64,000 nucleotides of DNA. Origin: Clostridia bacterium (GTDB lineage: Bacteria; Bacillota; Clostridia; TANB77; CAG-465). This document shows, in pieces, positions 49,333-59,830 of the stretch (its first letter is position 1; the number at the start of each line of letters is the position of its first letter). The position numbers and the translations under genes are program-made. The stretch spans positions 23,844 through 87,843 of the forward strand of contig JBJEXW010000003.1 of NCBI GenBank assembly GCA_051886195.1, read 5' to 3'. Under the pieces are notes generated by a model. That model had not been told where the DNA came from. It saw only the letters and a list, made by a program, of their open reading frames with translations, and searched no databases.

Positions 49333-49472
49333 ATAGTACCCCTTTAAAAACTAATAGTTTATCGATTTTTATTATATCATATTTAATGCAAAATTCAAGG
49401 ATATTAACTTGCTTTTTTATTTTTTTTTTAGTATAATATGGGAGTAAAAACACAGATGGAGGTATGAATATA

Positions 49473-51950
49473 ATGGACATTAATGATGAAAACTTTTTAT
49501 CGGCGCAAAAAATTGTACCTGTAAAAATAGAAGAGGAAATGAAAAAATCATACATAGATTATGCCATGAGCGTTATTGTTTCCCGTGCCTTACCAGATGT
49601 TAGAGATGGTTTAAAACCTGTTCATAGAAGAATCTTATACACAATGTATGAAGATAGTTTATGGCCAGAAAAACCATATAGAAAATGTGCTAATATTGTA
49701 GGTAGTGCTATGGGTAGATATCATCCACATGGTGATGCTGCTATATATGATGCTTTGGTTCGTCTATCTCAAAACTTTTCACTTAGGTATCCCCTAGTAG
49801 ATGGTCATGGTAACTTTGGATCTATGGATAATGATCCACCAGCTGCAATGAGATACACAGAAGCAAAACTTGAAAAGATTGCATTAGAAATGCTTGGAGA
49901 TTTAGATAAAGAAACAGTAGATTTTATACCAAACTATGATGATAGATTAAAAGAACCTACTGTATTACCAGCTAAATTACCATATTTGCTAATTAATGGA
50001 GCTTATGGTATTGCTGTTGGTATGGCTTCTAATATTCCACCACATAATTTATCTGAAGTTGTTGATGGAACAATAGCTCAAATTGAAAATCCAGATATTA
50101 CTAACGAAGAATTAATGCAATATATTAAAGGACCGGATTTTCCTACCGCTGGAATAATAGTTGGAAAAGAAGGTATAAAAGAAGCATACACAACTGGTAG
50201 AGGAAAAGTTTGCTTAAGAGCAAAAGCTGAGATTGAAGAAGACAATAGAGGAAGATTTAAAATAATTGTTACTGAAATACCATATCAAGTAAATAAAGCT
50301 GCATTAGTTGAAAATATTGCAAAATTAGTACAAGCTAAGACAATTGAGGGGATTTCAGATTTAAGAGATGAGACTGATAGAGAATCAGGAATGAATTGTT
50401 CGGTTCGTATTGTAATTGAGTTAAAAAGAGATGCAAATCCAAATGTAGTTTTAAATCAATTATATAAACATACTCAGTTACAAAACACTCAAAGTATGTT
50501 AATGCTTGCCATTGTAAATGGTGTACCAAGAGTTTTAACTTTAAGAGAAATTCTTGATGAATACATTAAGCATAGAGAACAAGTAGTAATTAGAAGAACT
50601 AAATTTGATTTAGCAAAAGCTGAAGCAAGAATTCACATTCTTGAAGGATTAAGAATCGCTATAGATAATATTGATGAAGTTATTCATGTAATAAGAAATT
50701 CTTATGATAATGCACTAGAAAACTTAATGCAAAGATTTGGACTTACTGAAATACAGGCACAAGCTATTTTGGATATGAAGCTTTCTAGACTTCAAGGACT
50801 ACAAAGAGATAAAATTGAAGAAGAATATAATGAGCTTTTAGCACTTGCTAAGCATTTGAGAGAAATTCTTGCATCTGAAGAGCTAGTTAAAGATATAATT
50901 AAGCAAGAATTAATTGAATTAAAAGAGAAGTTTGGAGACGAAAGAAAGACTGCAATTACACATGGAGCAGGAGATATAGACATAGAATCTTTAATAAAAG
51001 AGGAAAATAATGTTGTTACTCTTACTCATTTTGGATATATAAAGAGAGTAGCTGCGGACACTTATAGAAGTCAAAAACGTGGAGGAAAAGGCCTTACTGC
51101 TATGAATACTCGTGAGGAAGATTTTGTTGAACACATTTTTGTTACTTCAACTCACAATAGTTTAATGTTCTTTACTAATACAGGTAAAGTATTTAGACTT
51201 AAAACTTATGAGTTACCTGAAGCTAGCAGAACAGCAAAAGGAACTGCTATTGTTAATCTATTACAGCTTTCTCAAGGCGAAAAAGTTACAGCAGTTATGC
51301 CTGTTGCAGACTTTAATGATGAATCATTATATGTATTAATGGCAACAAGTAATGGATTAATTAAAAAGACTAAGTTATCTGAATATTCAAATATTAGAAA
51401 AACTGGTATTCAAGCAATTACTTTAAAAGAAGATGATGAACTAATAGATGTAAGATTAACTGATGGAAATAATGATATTATCATGGTTACAAGAGAGGGA
51501 TTATCTATTAGATTTAAGGAAGAAGAAGTTAGAGCTGTTGGAAGAACATCTATGGGTGTTAAGGGAATAGCTTTAGGAAAAGAAGATAAAGTTGTTGGAA
51601 TGGAACCAATTAAAGAAGATAATGGATATGTTCTTGCTATAACAGAAAATGGCTTTGGAAAGAGAACAGAGCTTGAAGAATATAGATGTCAAGGAAGAGC
51701 TGGAAAAGGAGTTCTTACATATAAAATAACTTCTAAAACAGGAAATATTGTTGGAGTTAAATTAGTTAACGACCACGATGAGGTAATGTTAATTACAGAT
51801 ACAGGAATAATAATTAGACTTAATGTTGATGATATTAGTATTCTTGGAAGAAATACACAAGGTGTAACATTAATGAGAACATCAGATGGTGGAAAAGTTA
51901 TAAATATTGCTAAAGTTCCAAAAGAAGATGAGGAAGAAGAGCAAGAGTAG
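49473..51950 (+). CDS. gyrA: DNA gyrase subunit A
   Basis: Active-site region AAMRYTE; GyrA-box QKRGGKG; acidic C-terminal tail. Confidence 0.85.
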   Translation: MDINDENFLSAQKIVPVKIEEEMKKSYIDYAMSVIVSRALPDVRDGLKPVHRRILYTMYEDSLWPEKPYRKCANIVGSAMGRYHPHGDAAIYDALVRLSQNFSLRYPLVDGHGNFGSMDNDPPAAMRYTEAKLEKIALEMLGDLDKETVDFIPNYDDRLKEPTVLPAKLPYLLINGAYGIAVGMASNIPPHNLSEVVDGTIAQIENPDITNEELMQYIKGPDFPTAGIIVGKEGIKEAYTTGRGKVCLRAKAEIEEDNRGRFKIIVTEIPYQVNKAALVENIAKLVQAKTIEGISDLRDETDRESGMNCSVRIVIELKRDANPNVVLNQLYKHTQLQNTQSMLMLAIVNGVPRVLTLREILDEYIKHREQVVIRRTKFDLAKAEARIHILEGLRIAIDNIDEVIHVIRNSYDNALENLMQRFGLTEIQAQAILDMKLSRLQGLQRDKIEEEYNELLALAKHLREILASEELVKDIIKQELIELKEKFGDERKTAITHGAGDIDIESLIKEENNVVTLTHFGYIKRVAADTYRSQKRGGKGLTAMNTREEDFVEHIFVTSTHNSLMFFTNTGKVFRLKTYELPEASRTAKGTAIVNLLQLSQGEKVTAVMPVADFNDESLYVLMATSNGLIKKTKLSEYSNIRKTGIQAITLKEDDELIDVRLTDGNNDIIMVTREGLSIRFKEEEVRAVGRTSMGVKGIALGKEDKVVGMEPIKEDNGYVLAITENGFGKRTELEEYRCQGRAGKGVLTYKITSKTGNIVGVKLVNDHDEVMLITDTGIIIRLNVDDISILGRNTQGVTLMRTSDGGKVINIAKVPKEDEEEEQE

Positions 51951-52139
51951 TAAACTAAAAAAGAGTATAAGGTGATACTTATACTCTTTTTTCTTGTTTT
52001 TTTACTTTATTGTGGTATAATTTATTATGTAACTTTAATGTTGTATTTATTTGCTTAATAGAAATAAAACTTTAGCTAAAATAGTATGAAAATACAATTA
52101 TTTATGTTATAATATAAAAATGGAAAAGGAGGAATCTAT

Positions 52140-53324
52140 ATGTTTGAACTAAATTCTAAAAACATAAAAAAGATTCTAGTCATAATAACGTATACAATAC
52201 TTTTATGTTTTGCTTGCATAAAGTTCGATATAGTACTTAAAGCTTTGAGCTATATTTTGAACTTATTAAAACCATTTATTTTTGGCTTTTGTATAGCGTT
52301 TATCTTAAATATACCTTTAAGTAAAATAGAAGGTATGTTAACAAGAAAAAATAAAAAAGGAAAAATAAAGAAGAATAGTGATAAAAGAGAAAAGATGGTA
52401 GAATCTGAAAACAAAAAAACAAATGGAAAGCTTAGATTGTTATCTATAGTACTTTCACTTTTAATATTTATTGGAATTATTTTTCTTACATTATTTTTAG
52501 TAATACCAGAATTTATTAATACAATAAGTATATTTAAAGATAGTATACCAACTGCCTTTAATACTTGTAAAGAATGGCTTGAAAACGTTATGAGTAATAA
52601 CCCACAAGTGATTGAAAAGATTAATGAATTTAAACCAGATTGGCAACAATTAGATGAAAATGTTACTACTTGGATAAAGAGTACAGCAACTGGAATAATT
52701 GGTGTATCTATAGACTTTGTTATATCTTTTTTCTCTGGAGTTATTAATTTCTTTATGGGTGTAATATTTGCTGTATATATGTTAATGCAAAAAGAGAAAT
52801 TAGTTTATCAATTTAAGAAATTATTCAGAGCATACATTCCAGAAGAAAAGTGCAATAGTCTATTTCATATTGGTCAGATAACTAATGATACATTTAAAAA
52901 GTTCTTTGGAGGTCAATTTATTGAAGCAATACTTTTAGGAATTCTTTGTTTTATTGGAATGACTATATTTAGAATGCCATATGCATTAACTATTTCTGTA
53001 CTTGTTGGAGTAACAGCATTAATACCAGTATTTGGAGCATTTTTTGGAACTGCAATTGGTGCAATATTAATATTAGCAGTAGATCCAATGCAAGCTGTTT
53101 GGTTTGTTGTATATATAATTGTTTTACAACAAATTGATGGAAACTTTATTTATCCAAAAGTAGTAGGCGATTCTGTAGGATTACCAGGAATTTGGGTTAT
53201 GCTTGCAGTACTTGTTGGTGGAAATAGTATGGGAATAATTGGAATGCTTATTGGAGTACCTATAGCTTCAGTTATATATAAACTAGTAAAAGAGTACGTT
53301 AATAGCAAAAAAATTAAAGAATAA
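52140..53324 (+). CDS. AI-2E family transporter (putative)
   Basis: 8-TM protein of about 390 aa. Confidence 0.45.
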   Translation: MFELNSKNIKKILVIITYTILLCFACIKFDIVLKALSYILNLLKPFIFGFCIAFILNIPLSKIEGMLTRKNKKGKIKKNSDKREKMVESENKKTNGKLRLLSIVLSLLIFIGIIFLTLFLVIPEFINTISIFKDSIPTAFNTCKEWLENVMSNNPQVIEKINEFKPDWQQLDENVTTWIKSTATGIIGVSIDFVISFFSGVINFFMGVIFAVYMLMQKEKLVYQFKKLFRAYIPEEKCNSLFHIGQITNDTFKKFFGGQFIEAILLGILCFIGMTIFRMPYALTISVLVGVTALIPVFGAFFGTAIGAILILAVDPMQAVWFVVYIIVLQQIDGNFIYPKVVGDSVGLPGIWVMLAVLVGGNSMGIIGMLIGVPIASVIYKLVKEYVNSKKIKE

Positions 53325-53381
53325 AGGTAAATTAAAGCCTTTGTTCTTTATTTTTACCAAAAAATGTGGTATAATAATATT

Positions 53382-53710
53382 GTTTTAGTATCTCAGATGA
53401 TTGCTTGTTTATGCAAGAGGAAAGTCCGGACACTATAGAGCAGGGTGCTAGATAACGTCTAGTGGGAGTGATCCTAAGGAAAGTGCAACAGAAAATAACC
53501 GCTATATATAGTAAGGGTGAAAACGTGAGGTAAGAGCTCACGAATAATTATGGAGACATAATTATGGTGTAAACCCCACCTAGTGCAACACCAGAACTAA
53601 ACATTAAGGTTGCTCGCCAAGTTTTAAGTTGGTGGCTTGAAATGTGTAGCAATATACATTCTAGATAAATGATCATCTAATACAGAATCCGGCTTACGAG
53701 ATGCTAAAAC
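53382..53710 (+). ncRNA. rnpB: RNase P RNA, type B
   Basis: GAGGAAAGTCCGGAC; GGGTGAAAACGTGAGGTAAGAGCTCACG; ACAGAATCCGGCTTA; P1 stem GTTTTAGTATCTC/GAGATGCTAAAAC; promoter TGgTATAAT at 53367; terminator at 53716..53745. Confidence 0.85.
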
Positions 53711-53883
53711 ATATTAAAAAAGCTCTTTTTTGAGCTTTTTTTTATTCTTTATTTGACATAGTAAAACAAAAATGATAATATATTACACAACATAATATAT
53801 TTAACTTTATTTTTATTAAAAAGGAGGGGTATTTATGAGTAAAGATAATTATGAATTAAAATGTTGCATTTGCAAAAAGCCTA

Positions 53884-55128
53884 TTGCTCGGGAATACTAA
53901 AGTTTTAATACTTAAAAATGGACTTATTTGTCCAGAATGTCAACAGGAGCTAAATACGTATTATTTAAATTCAATAATGAATATATCAGATTTAATTTAT
54001 GAGCTTTCAGAAGATTATTCAGATAATTTTACAGAAGAATATTTTAACCAATTTCCTAGTAACGAAAATATGATTAAGAATGAGATTTCGACTCGCTCTA
54101 ATAAGCCATTACAAACAAAAAATGTAAAGAAAATAGATTCGTATAAAATATATAATAGAATAACTAAAAAAATAATTGGACAAGATGAACAAATTAAGAC
54201 TATTATTTCTGTATTAATTAGAAACAATATGACGACTAATCCGTATTTTAAAAGTAATATTTTTCTAATAGGTGGCACAGGAAATGGTAAATCTGAAACG
54301 ATTAAACAAATAGCAAAAGAGTTGGGTATACCATACGTTTTAGAAGACGCAACAGTTTATACTCAAGAAGGATATGTAGGAGATAGTGTTAAAAATGCAG
54401 TAACCAAATTAATTGATGAAGCTAATGGAGATATACGAAAAGCTGAACATGGGATAGTTATTTTTGATGAAATAGACAAAAAAACAGATAATGGTGATAA
54501 AAGTGGAGTCTCTACTACAAGTGTCCAAGATAGTTTGTTAAAAATGCTTGAAGGAACAAAAGTACAGACTATTAGAGGAGAAATTAACACGGAACTAATA
54601 ACATTTGTACTAATCGGAGCTTGTGAAAATGTTTATGAAGAACGAAGAAAAAGACTTAGTGGAAAAGGAAAAATTGGATTTAATAAAGAGTCTAAAGAAA
54701 ATGATGAATTGAAAAATCCTAATTTTATTCCTCAAGATTTAATTAATTCTGGTTTTAAAAGTGAATTTGTAGGTAGGGAAGACTTGATAATAGAATTTAA
54801 TCCTATGAATGAAGATATGGCTGCTGAAATAATAAATAAATCTTCAATTTCAATTTTTAATATTTATATTCAAGAATTGAAAAAAATAAATGTTGAAGTT
54901 GTTATGAACAGAAAAGAAATTGTATCAGAGATTGCTAAAAGAGCTATTAACTTAAAAACAGGTGCAAGAGGAATAAGACAAATCGTTGTTGATATGTTTA
55001 GTAAGATCTATTCAGAGATTACTGTTAGCGAGATTCAAGTATTAGATGGCTATGAATGTCATATAACAAAAGAAACTGTTTACGATAACTCAAAATTTGA
55101 TTTATGTAAAAAGAAACGACAAAATTAA
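53884..55128 (+). CDS. ClpX-like AAA+ ATPase paralog (N-terminal zinc-finger region apparently frameshifted)
   Basis: Walker A GGTGNGKSE; IVIFDEIDK; IGF-like loop KIGFN; the first half of the zinc finger (MSKDNYELKCCICKKPIAREY*) sits in another frame at 53835..53900. Confidence 0.6.
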   Translation: MLGNTKVLILKNGLICPECQQELNTYYLNSIMNISDLIYELSEDYSDNFTEEYFNQFPSNENMIKNEISTRSNKPLQTKNVKKIDSYKIYNRITKKIIGQDEQIKTIISVLIRNNMTTNPYFKSNIFLIGGTGNGKSETIKQIAKELGIPYVLEDATVYTQEGYVGDSVKNAVTKLIDEANGDIRKAEHGIVIFDEIDKKTDNGDKSGVSTTSVQDSLLKMLEGTKVQTIRGEINTELITFVLIGACENVYEERRKRLSGKGKIGFNKESKENDELKNPNFIPQDLINSGFKSEFVGREDLIIEFNPMNEDMAAEIINKSSISIFNIYIQELKKINVEVVMNRKEIVSEIAKRAINLKTGARGIRQIVVDMFSKIYSEITVSEIQVLDGYECHITKETVYDNSKFDLCKKKRQN

Positions 55129-55229
55129 TTGCTATCTATATATAAATAAATGTCAATTATATTGACATTTATTTTTTTTTATAATAAAATCATAAGTAGT
55201 ATAAATTTTAAAGGATAGGAGGTCTTTTT

Positions 55230-55928
55230 ATGGAATTTAAAGCATTAGAAGGAAAAAACGTAGAAATAAAAGTAGGAGACAACACATACTTAAGACACGC
55301 AATTGAAACACATTATGTTCAACTTGGTGAAAGTTATGTAGATTTAATTAAAAAATATGTTGTACCTATATATGAAGAAGGTGACATAGTTTCCATTAGT
55401 GAAAAGGTAATAAGTCTTTGTCAAAGAAGAATTGTATATAAAAAGGATGTAAAAGTTTCAGGACTTGCAAAATTCTTATCTAAATTTGCAATGAGAAGTG
55501 ATGCGGGTGTTGGAGTAGATAATCCATATAAAATGCAATTTGCAATTAACCTTTGTGGACCTATAAAAGTTTTATGGGCTGCAATTGCAGGTGGAGTATG
55601 TAAATTATTTGGTAAAAAAGGAGTTTTCTATGAAATTGTTGGTCAAGAAGTTAGTGGACTTGACGGATTTTATGGTAATGTCTTTTCAGATTATGCAGAG
55701 TTTGGTATTAGAATACCTGAAAATTCAACAGGAGTATGTAATGAAATATTTGAAGCAACAGGTGTAAAATGCATGATTGTTGATGCAAATGACTTCAATG
55801 TTGAAATTTTAGGAAAGTCAGATGCTATTGAAGAAGACGATGCAGAATTAAAAGGAATGATTAAGGACAATCCATGTGGTCAAGCTAAAACTTTAACACC
55901 AATGGTTTTAATAAGAAAACAAAAATAA
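55230..55928 (+). CDS. F420-0:gamma-glutamyl ligase (CofE)-like family protein
   Basis: EEGDIVSISEKVISLCQRRIV pattern. Confidence 0.35.
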   Translation: MEFKALEGKNVEIKVGDNTYLRHAIETHYVQLGESYVDLIKKYVVPIYEEGDIVSISEKVISLCQRRIVYKKDVKVSGLAKFLSKFAMRSDAGVGVDNPYKMQFAINLCGPIKVLWAAIAGGVCKLFGKKGVFYEIVGQEVSGLDGFYGNVFSDYAEFGIRIPENSTGVCNEIFEATGVKCMIVDANDFNVEILGKSDAIEEDDAELKGMIKDNPCGQAKTLTPMVLIRKQK

Positions 55929-55948
55929 TTTGGAAGAGAGGTTGAAAT

Positions 55949-56521
55949 ATGGATAGTTTATTGCAGATGAATAAATTTGAGGTTGTAGATTTGCCTGGAA
56001 TGAACACGCTAGCTTTTTTAGTTGAAAAAGATTATGATGCATATAATCAAGGATATGCTTTTCTTTCTCTTGAAAAACTAAGAAGTGTTGAGGTACGTGA
56101 AGATGGACAAATTAAGAAGATCTTTAATGTACTTATTGAAAATCCTGAAGATGAAGATGATATTGTACTTTTAACTTTAACAGACAATAAAGCTTTTTTA
56201 AGTACTGGTATATTAGATAATTCAGGATTTAGGACAGAAAATAAAAACATTCCACTAAGCTACGGCTCAATATATAATTCAGAAGGAATAGAATATAGAG
56301 ATGTCGCTTATACACCAGATATGAAAAGAAACTTTTCAATAATAGATTCACAAACTGGCGAAGAAGTAAAGCCATCTTTATACAGAGATGAAAATGGTAA
56401 TATTAGAGGTAGATGTAAAATCATGCCTGGTAGACCATACATTGTTTTGGAAGTTACAATTAGTGAAGAAGACATGGCAAAACATTTATTAGCTGAGCAA
56501 TCAGAAGAAAGTATAGTATAA
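55949..56521 (+). CDS. Hypothetical protein
   Basis: ORF only. Confidence 0.35.
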   Translation: MDSLLQMNKFEVVDLPGMNTLAFLVEKDYDAYNQGYAFLSLEKLRSVEVREDGQIKKIFNVLIENPEDEDDIVLLTLTDNKAFLSTGILDNSGFRTENKNIPLSYGSIYNSEGIEYRDVAYTPDMKRNFSIIDSQTGEEVKPSLYRDENGNIRGRCKIMPGRPYIVLEVTISEEDMAKHLLAEQSEESIV

Positions 56522-56533
56522 GGAGGAATTAAA

Positions 56534-56716
56534 ATGTCACATATTAAAGGAATTGAAACTAAAGCCTTAATTGCAGAATTAGATAAAGAAAGAGTTGTAA
56601 TAAAAGGAGGAGTAAAAATAAAAAATGGTCAATCAAAAAAATTGACACATGATGAAATTGATAGAGTTAATAATCAAAAAGAGCAATCAAGAGAAGACAA
56701 ACAAATAGGAGAGTAG
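56534..56716 (+). CDS. Small hypothetical protein
   Basis: ORF with an RBS. Confidence 0.3.
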   Translation: MSHIKGIETKALIAELDKERVVIKGGVKIKNGQSKKLTHDEIDRVNNQKEQSREDKQIGE

Positions 56717-56741
56717 TTATAAAATAAGCGAGGTATAGATA

Positions 56742-58877
56742 ATGAAAGGTTTTTTTGATGAATTTAAGCAAAAAGCACCAATACTTATTGTTATTGCACT
56801 AGTTTTAGCAGTTGTTTTTGGTGGCGCGCTTACTAAGTCTATAACAGATGCAAAAGTAGCTGGAAGTGATTCTTTACTTTTTGAAGTGTTGACTACATTG
56901 TTTGGAAATATCACTAATATGTCTTTCTTTTCAGGAATAGTTGCAGATATTGGATTATTCTTACAAATTACATTATGGATTTTTGTTGTAGTATTTGGAA
57001 TTTACATATATGCATATTCTAAGAATTCAAATAAAAGTGAATATGAAGGAAAAGAAAATGGCTCAAGCCAATGGAGTAATGGTTCAGAAGATTATAAACA
57101 TGATTCAAATGGAAAAGAAATATTAAATAAAAAAGAAGGATTCATTTTAAGTACTAAGCATTATTTAGGAACAGATTTAAAAAAAGTTGGTATAAATAAA
57201 AATATACTAGTTGTCGGTGGTTCTGGTGCTGGTAAAACAGCATGTTACATTAAACCAAATATAATGCAATGTTTGGGTTCTTATATAGTTACTGACCCTA
57301 AAGGCGAATTATATAAAGAAACATCTAAATTTTTGAAAAATGAAGGTTATGATGTAAAAACATTTAATCTAGTTAATCCAACATATAGTGATTTTTATAA
57401 TCCAATTTCTAATATTTGCTCAGACCAAGATGTTGATACTTTAGCACATATACTTGTAACTGGAGCAAATAAAGAAGGTGGCGGTGGAGATGATCCATTC
57501 TGGGATAATACTGCTAAAATGTTAATAAGTGCAACAATTTATTATGTTTTATCTGTATTACCACTTGAACAACAAAATATAGGAAGCTGTTTAAATATTA
57601 TCCGTCAGGGTGGTGCAGATTCTAGCATATTTGAAAAGTTGTTTATTGATGACTTAAAACCAGAGCATCCAGGAAGAATTCAGTACGAGTCATTTAAGAC
57701 TGCAGCAGATAAAACAATGCAAAGTATCGTTATTTCATCTATTTCTAAAATGCGTGTATTTGATATGCCAGCAATTCAAAGAATTACTTCTTCAAATAGT
57801 ATAGATTTTAGAAACGTTGCAAAAAAGAAAACAGTTATTTATGTAATAACATCAGCAGCAGAGAGTACATATGATTTCGTTTCAACAATGTTCTTTAGCC
57901 AGATGTTCTCAATATTATATAAACAAGCAGATGATTATGGATCAAGACTTCCAAATCAGGTATATTTCTTGTTAGATGAATTTGCAAATATTGGTCAAAT
58001 ACCAGATTTCCAAAAGAAATTAAGTACAACAAGAAGTTTAGGTATAAGTATTTCAATAATTGTTCAGTCTTTAGATCAATTAGAATCTTTATATAAAGAT
58101 TCCTATGAAAATATTCTGGGTAACTGTGATACACAATTATTACTTGGTACAAACTCACAAAAGACAGCAGAATATTTTTCAAAGAGTCTTGGACAGACAA
58201 CTATTAAAATTGAACAGAAGTCTATAAGTAAAGATAAAGATGAAGCTAAAAAACAAGGCGTATCTATCAGTACACAAAGACAAGCAAGAGATTTAATGAC
58301 AGTAGACGAAATTAGAAGACTAGACAATAATAAAGAAATAATAATGGTAAGAGGATTAAAGCCAATAATGGCAAATAAAGCATGGTATTATAAGTATCAT
58401 CCAAAACGTGAAATTATTGAGTCAATGAAAATTGGAAGCATTAAAGAAATGCCTATTCCTGAACCAGTACCATATTCATATTTTGATGTACAACAATATC
58501 TAGCAGATAGAAAAAGAAGAGCTCAAGAAATTCTTAAATCTAGACAAAAAGAAGTTGAAGTTGATACTTCTTCTTTGAGTTCAAATACATCTAGTAGTCA
58601 AGCTACTAGTGCAACAAATTCAACACCAAAGAATTATTCAACTTACACAGCGGAGAAAAATAGAGATGCTGAAATTGATACTAGACCACTTGCAGATGGA
58701 ATGGATAGTTCTTCATATAATGATTTATATGAAAATAGTGATTATAACCCTATTTCTAATGTAAAAACAAGTAGTAAAAAAGCTCAAAATGACGAATTTG
58801 ATTTACAAAATGAACTTGAATCTAAGTTTGATAAATTATTTGGTAGTAGCTCAAATAAAAATAATGATGATTATTAA
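56742..58877 (+). CDS. Type IV secretion coupling protein (VirD4/TraG/TraD family)
   Basis: 2 N-terminal TM helices; Walker A VVGGSGAGKT; Walker B VYFLLDEFANIG. Confidence 0.65.
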   Translation: MKGFFDEFKQKAPILIVIALVLAVVFGGALTKSITDAKVAGSDSLLFEVLTTLFGNITNMSFFSGIVADIGLFLQITLWIFVVVFGIYIYAYSKNSNKSEYEGKENGSSQWSNGSEDYKHDSNGKEILNKKEGFILSTKHYLGTDLKKVGINKNILVVGGSGAGKTACYIKPNIMQCLGSYIVTDPKGELYKETSKFLKNEGYDVKTFNLVNPTYSDFYNPISNICSDQDVDTLAHILVTGANKEGGGGDDPFWDNTAKMLISATIYYVLSVLPLEQQNIGSCLNIIRQGGADSSIFEKLFIDDLKPEHPGRIQYESFKTAADKTMQSIVISSISKMRVFDMPAIQRITSSNSIDFRNVAKKKTVIYVITSAAESTYDFVSTMFFSQMFSILYKQADDYGSRLPNQVYFLLDEFANIGQIPDFQKKLSTTRSLGISISIIVQSLDQLESLYKDSYENILGNCDTQLLLGTNSQKTAEYFSKSLGQTTIKIEQKSISKDKDEAKKQGVSISTQRQARDLMTVDEIRRLDNNKEIIMVRGLKPIMANKAWYYKYHPKREIIESMKIGSIKEMPIPEPVPYSYFDVQQYLADRKRRAQEILKSRQKEVEVDTSSLSSNTSSSQATSATNSTPKNYSTYTAEKNRDAEIDTRPLADGMDSSSYNDLYENSDYNPISNVKTSSKKAQNDEFDLQNELESKFDKLFGSSSNKNNDDY

Positions 58878-58980
58878 AAAAATTGGACTTTTGGAATATT
58901 CCTTAAGTCCTTTTTTCATTATTTTTTTCTTGTAAAATATAACTATATATAGTATAATTGAGTTGTAAGTGGAGGAATAT

Positions 58981-59673
58981 ATGGATAAAGTAAAGGGTAT
59001 ATCAATAATAATTATTGCTGTTGTATCTGTAATAGTAACTGTTTTAGTTGCAAATATACTTCTTGATACAACTGGAAAAGTAAATCAAGGAAATTTTAGA
59101 ATTAGTGATGTTATAATAGAATCTAGTGCTACATTGAAAGAAGTTCAAGATAAAAATGTAAAAATAGAAAAATTATCTGGTTTAGTTTTTGATGTTTCAC
59201 AAACAAATACTGTTTCAATATTAATTGAATCTAATGTTAATGCAAGTAAAATTAGTATTGAAAATCTTGTTGTAACAGACCCGGCTTTAAAAGGAAATAT
59301 AAATATATGTCAGAAAGATTATGAAAAATATGACATTACACCTGAGTTAAATTCCATACCTATATATTTAGAACAAGAAGAGGGAAAATATATAATTACA
59401 TTGCTTATAGATAATGATAATGTTATAACAGATAAAAGTGTAAGTGATGAATTTCAAGAAATAAAATATGATGCAACAATATTTAATCTATTTGGTATTG
59501 ATGTTTCACAATTGCAGTTTAATGTCTCATTTGATCTTGTTATTACTGATGAATCTGGCCAAACTGTAAAAACAACAATGTACTTAAAAATGCCTACAGA
59601 TGAAACTTTAACAGAAGGAATGTCTATATTAAGGCAAGATGCTACTAAGTTTTTATTTACTGTAGAAGATTAA
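58981..59673 (+). CDS. Membrane-anchored hypothetical protein
   Basis: N-terminal TM helix. Confidence 0.35.
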   Translation: MDKVKGISIIIIAVVSVIVTVLVANILLDTTGKVNQGNFRISDVIIESSATLKEVQDKNVKIEKLSGLVFDVSQTNTVSILIESNVNASKISIENLVVTDPALKGNINICQKDYEKYDITPELNSIPIYLEQEEGKYIITLLIDNDNVITDKSVSDEFQEIKYDATIFNLFGIDVSQLQFNVSFDLVITDESGQTVKTTMYLKMPTDETLTEGMSILRQDATKFLFTVED

Positions 59674-59731
59674 TAAATATTTATATATAAAACTATTGAA
59701 AATAAAAAGATTATATTGTATAATATTTCTA

Positions 59732-59812
59732 TGCCAAGCGATAGAGTACTGTGAACCTTGTCAGATCCGGAAGGAAGCAGCAATAAGCAATATACTCTAT
59801 GTGCTTGGTTTT
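59732..59812 (+). ncRNA. ffs: Signal recognition particle RNA (small, 4.5S-like)
   Basis: Conserved domain IV GTCAGATCCGGAAGGAAGCAGC; closing helix GCCAAGC/GCTTGG; promoter TGTATAAT at 59717; position upstream of dnaX as in Bacillus. Confidence 0.7.
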
Positions 59813-59830
59813 TTTATTAGGAGGTTTAAA

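Noticed and set aside
49464-49472. Upstream ATG as the gyrA start
   Set aside because: It lies only 1-2 nt after the GGAGG. The ATG at 49473 has proper spacing and matches the conserved GyrA N-terminus.
53332-53541. 69-aa minus-strand ORF
   Set aside because: It overlaps the RNase P RNA.
59696-59830. 5' extension of the dnaX ORF
   Set aside because: It covers the ffs promoter and SRP RNA. The true dnaX start is the GTG at 59831, which has an RBS.
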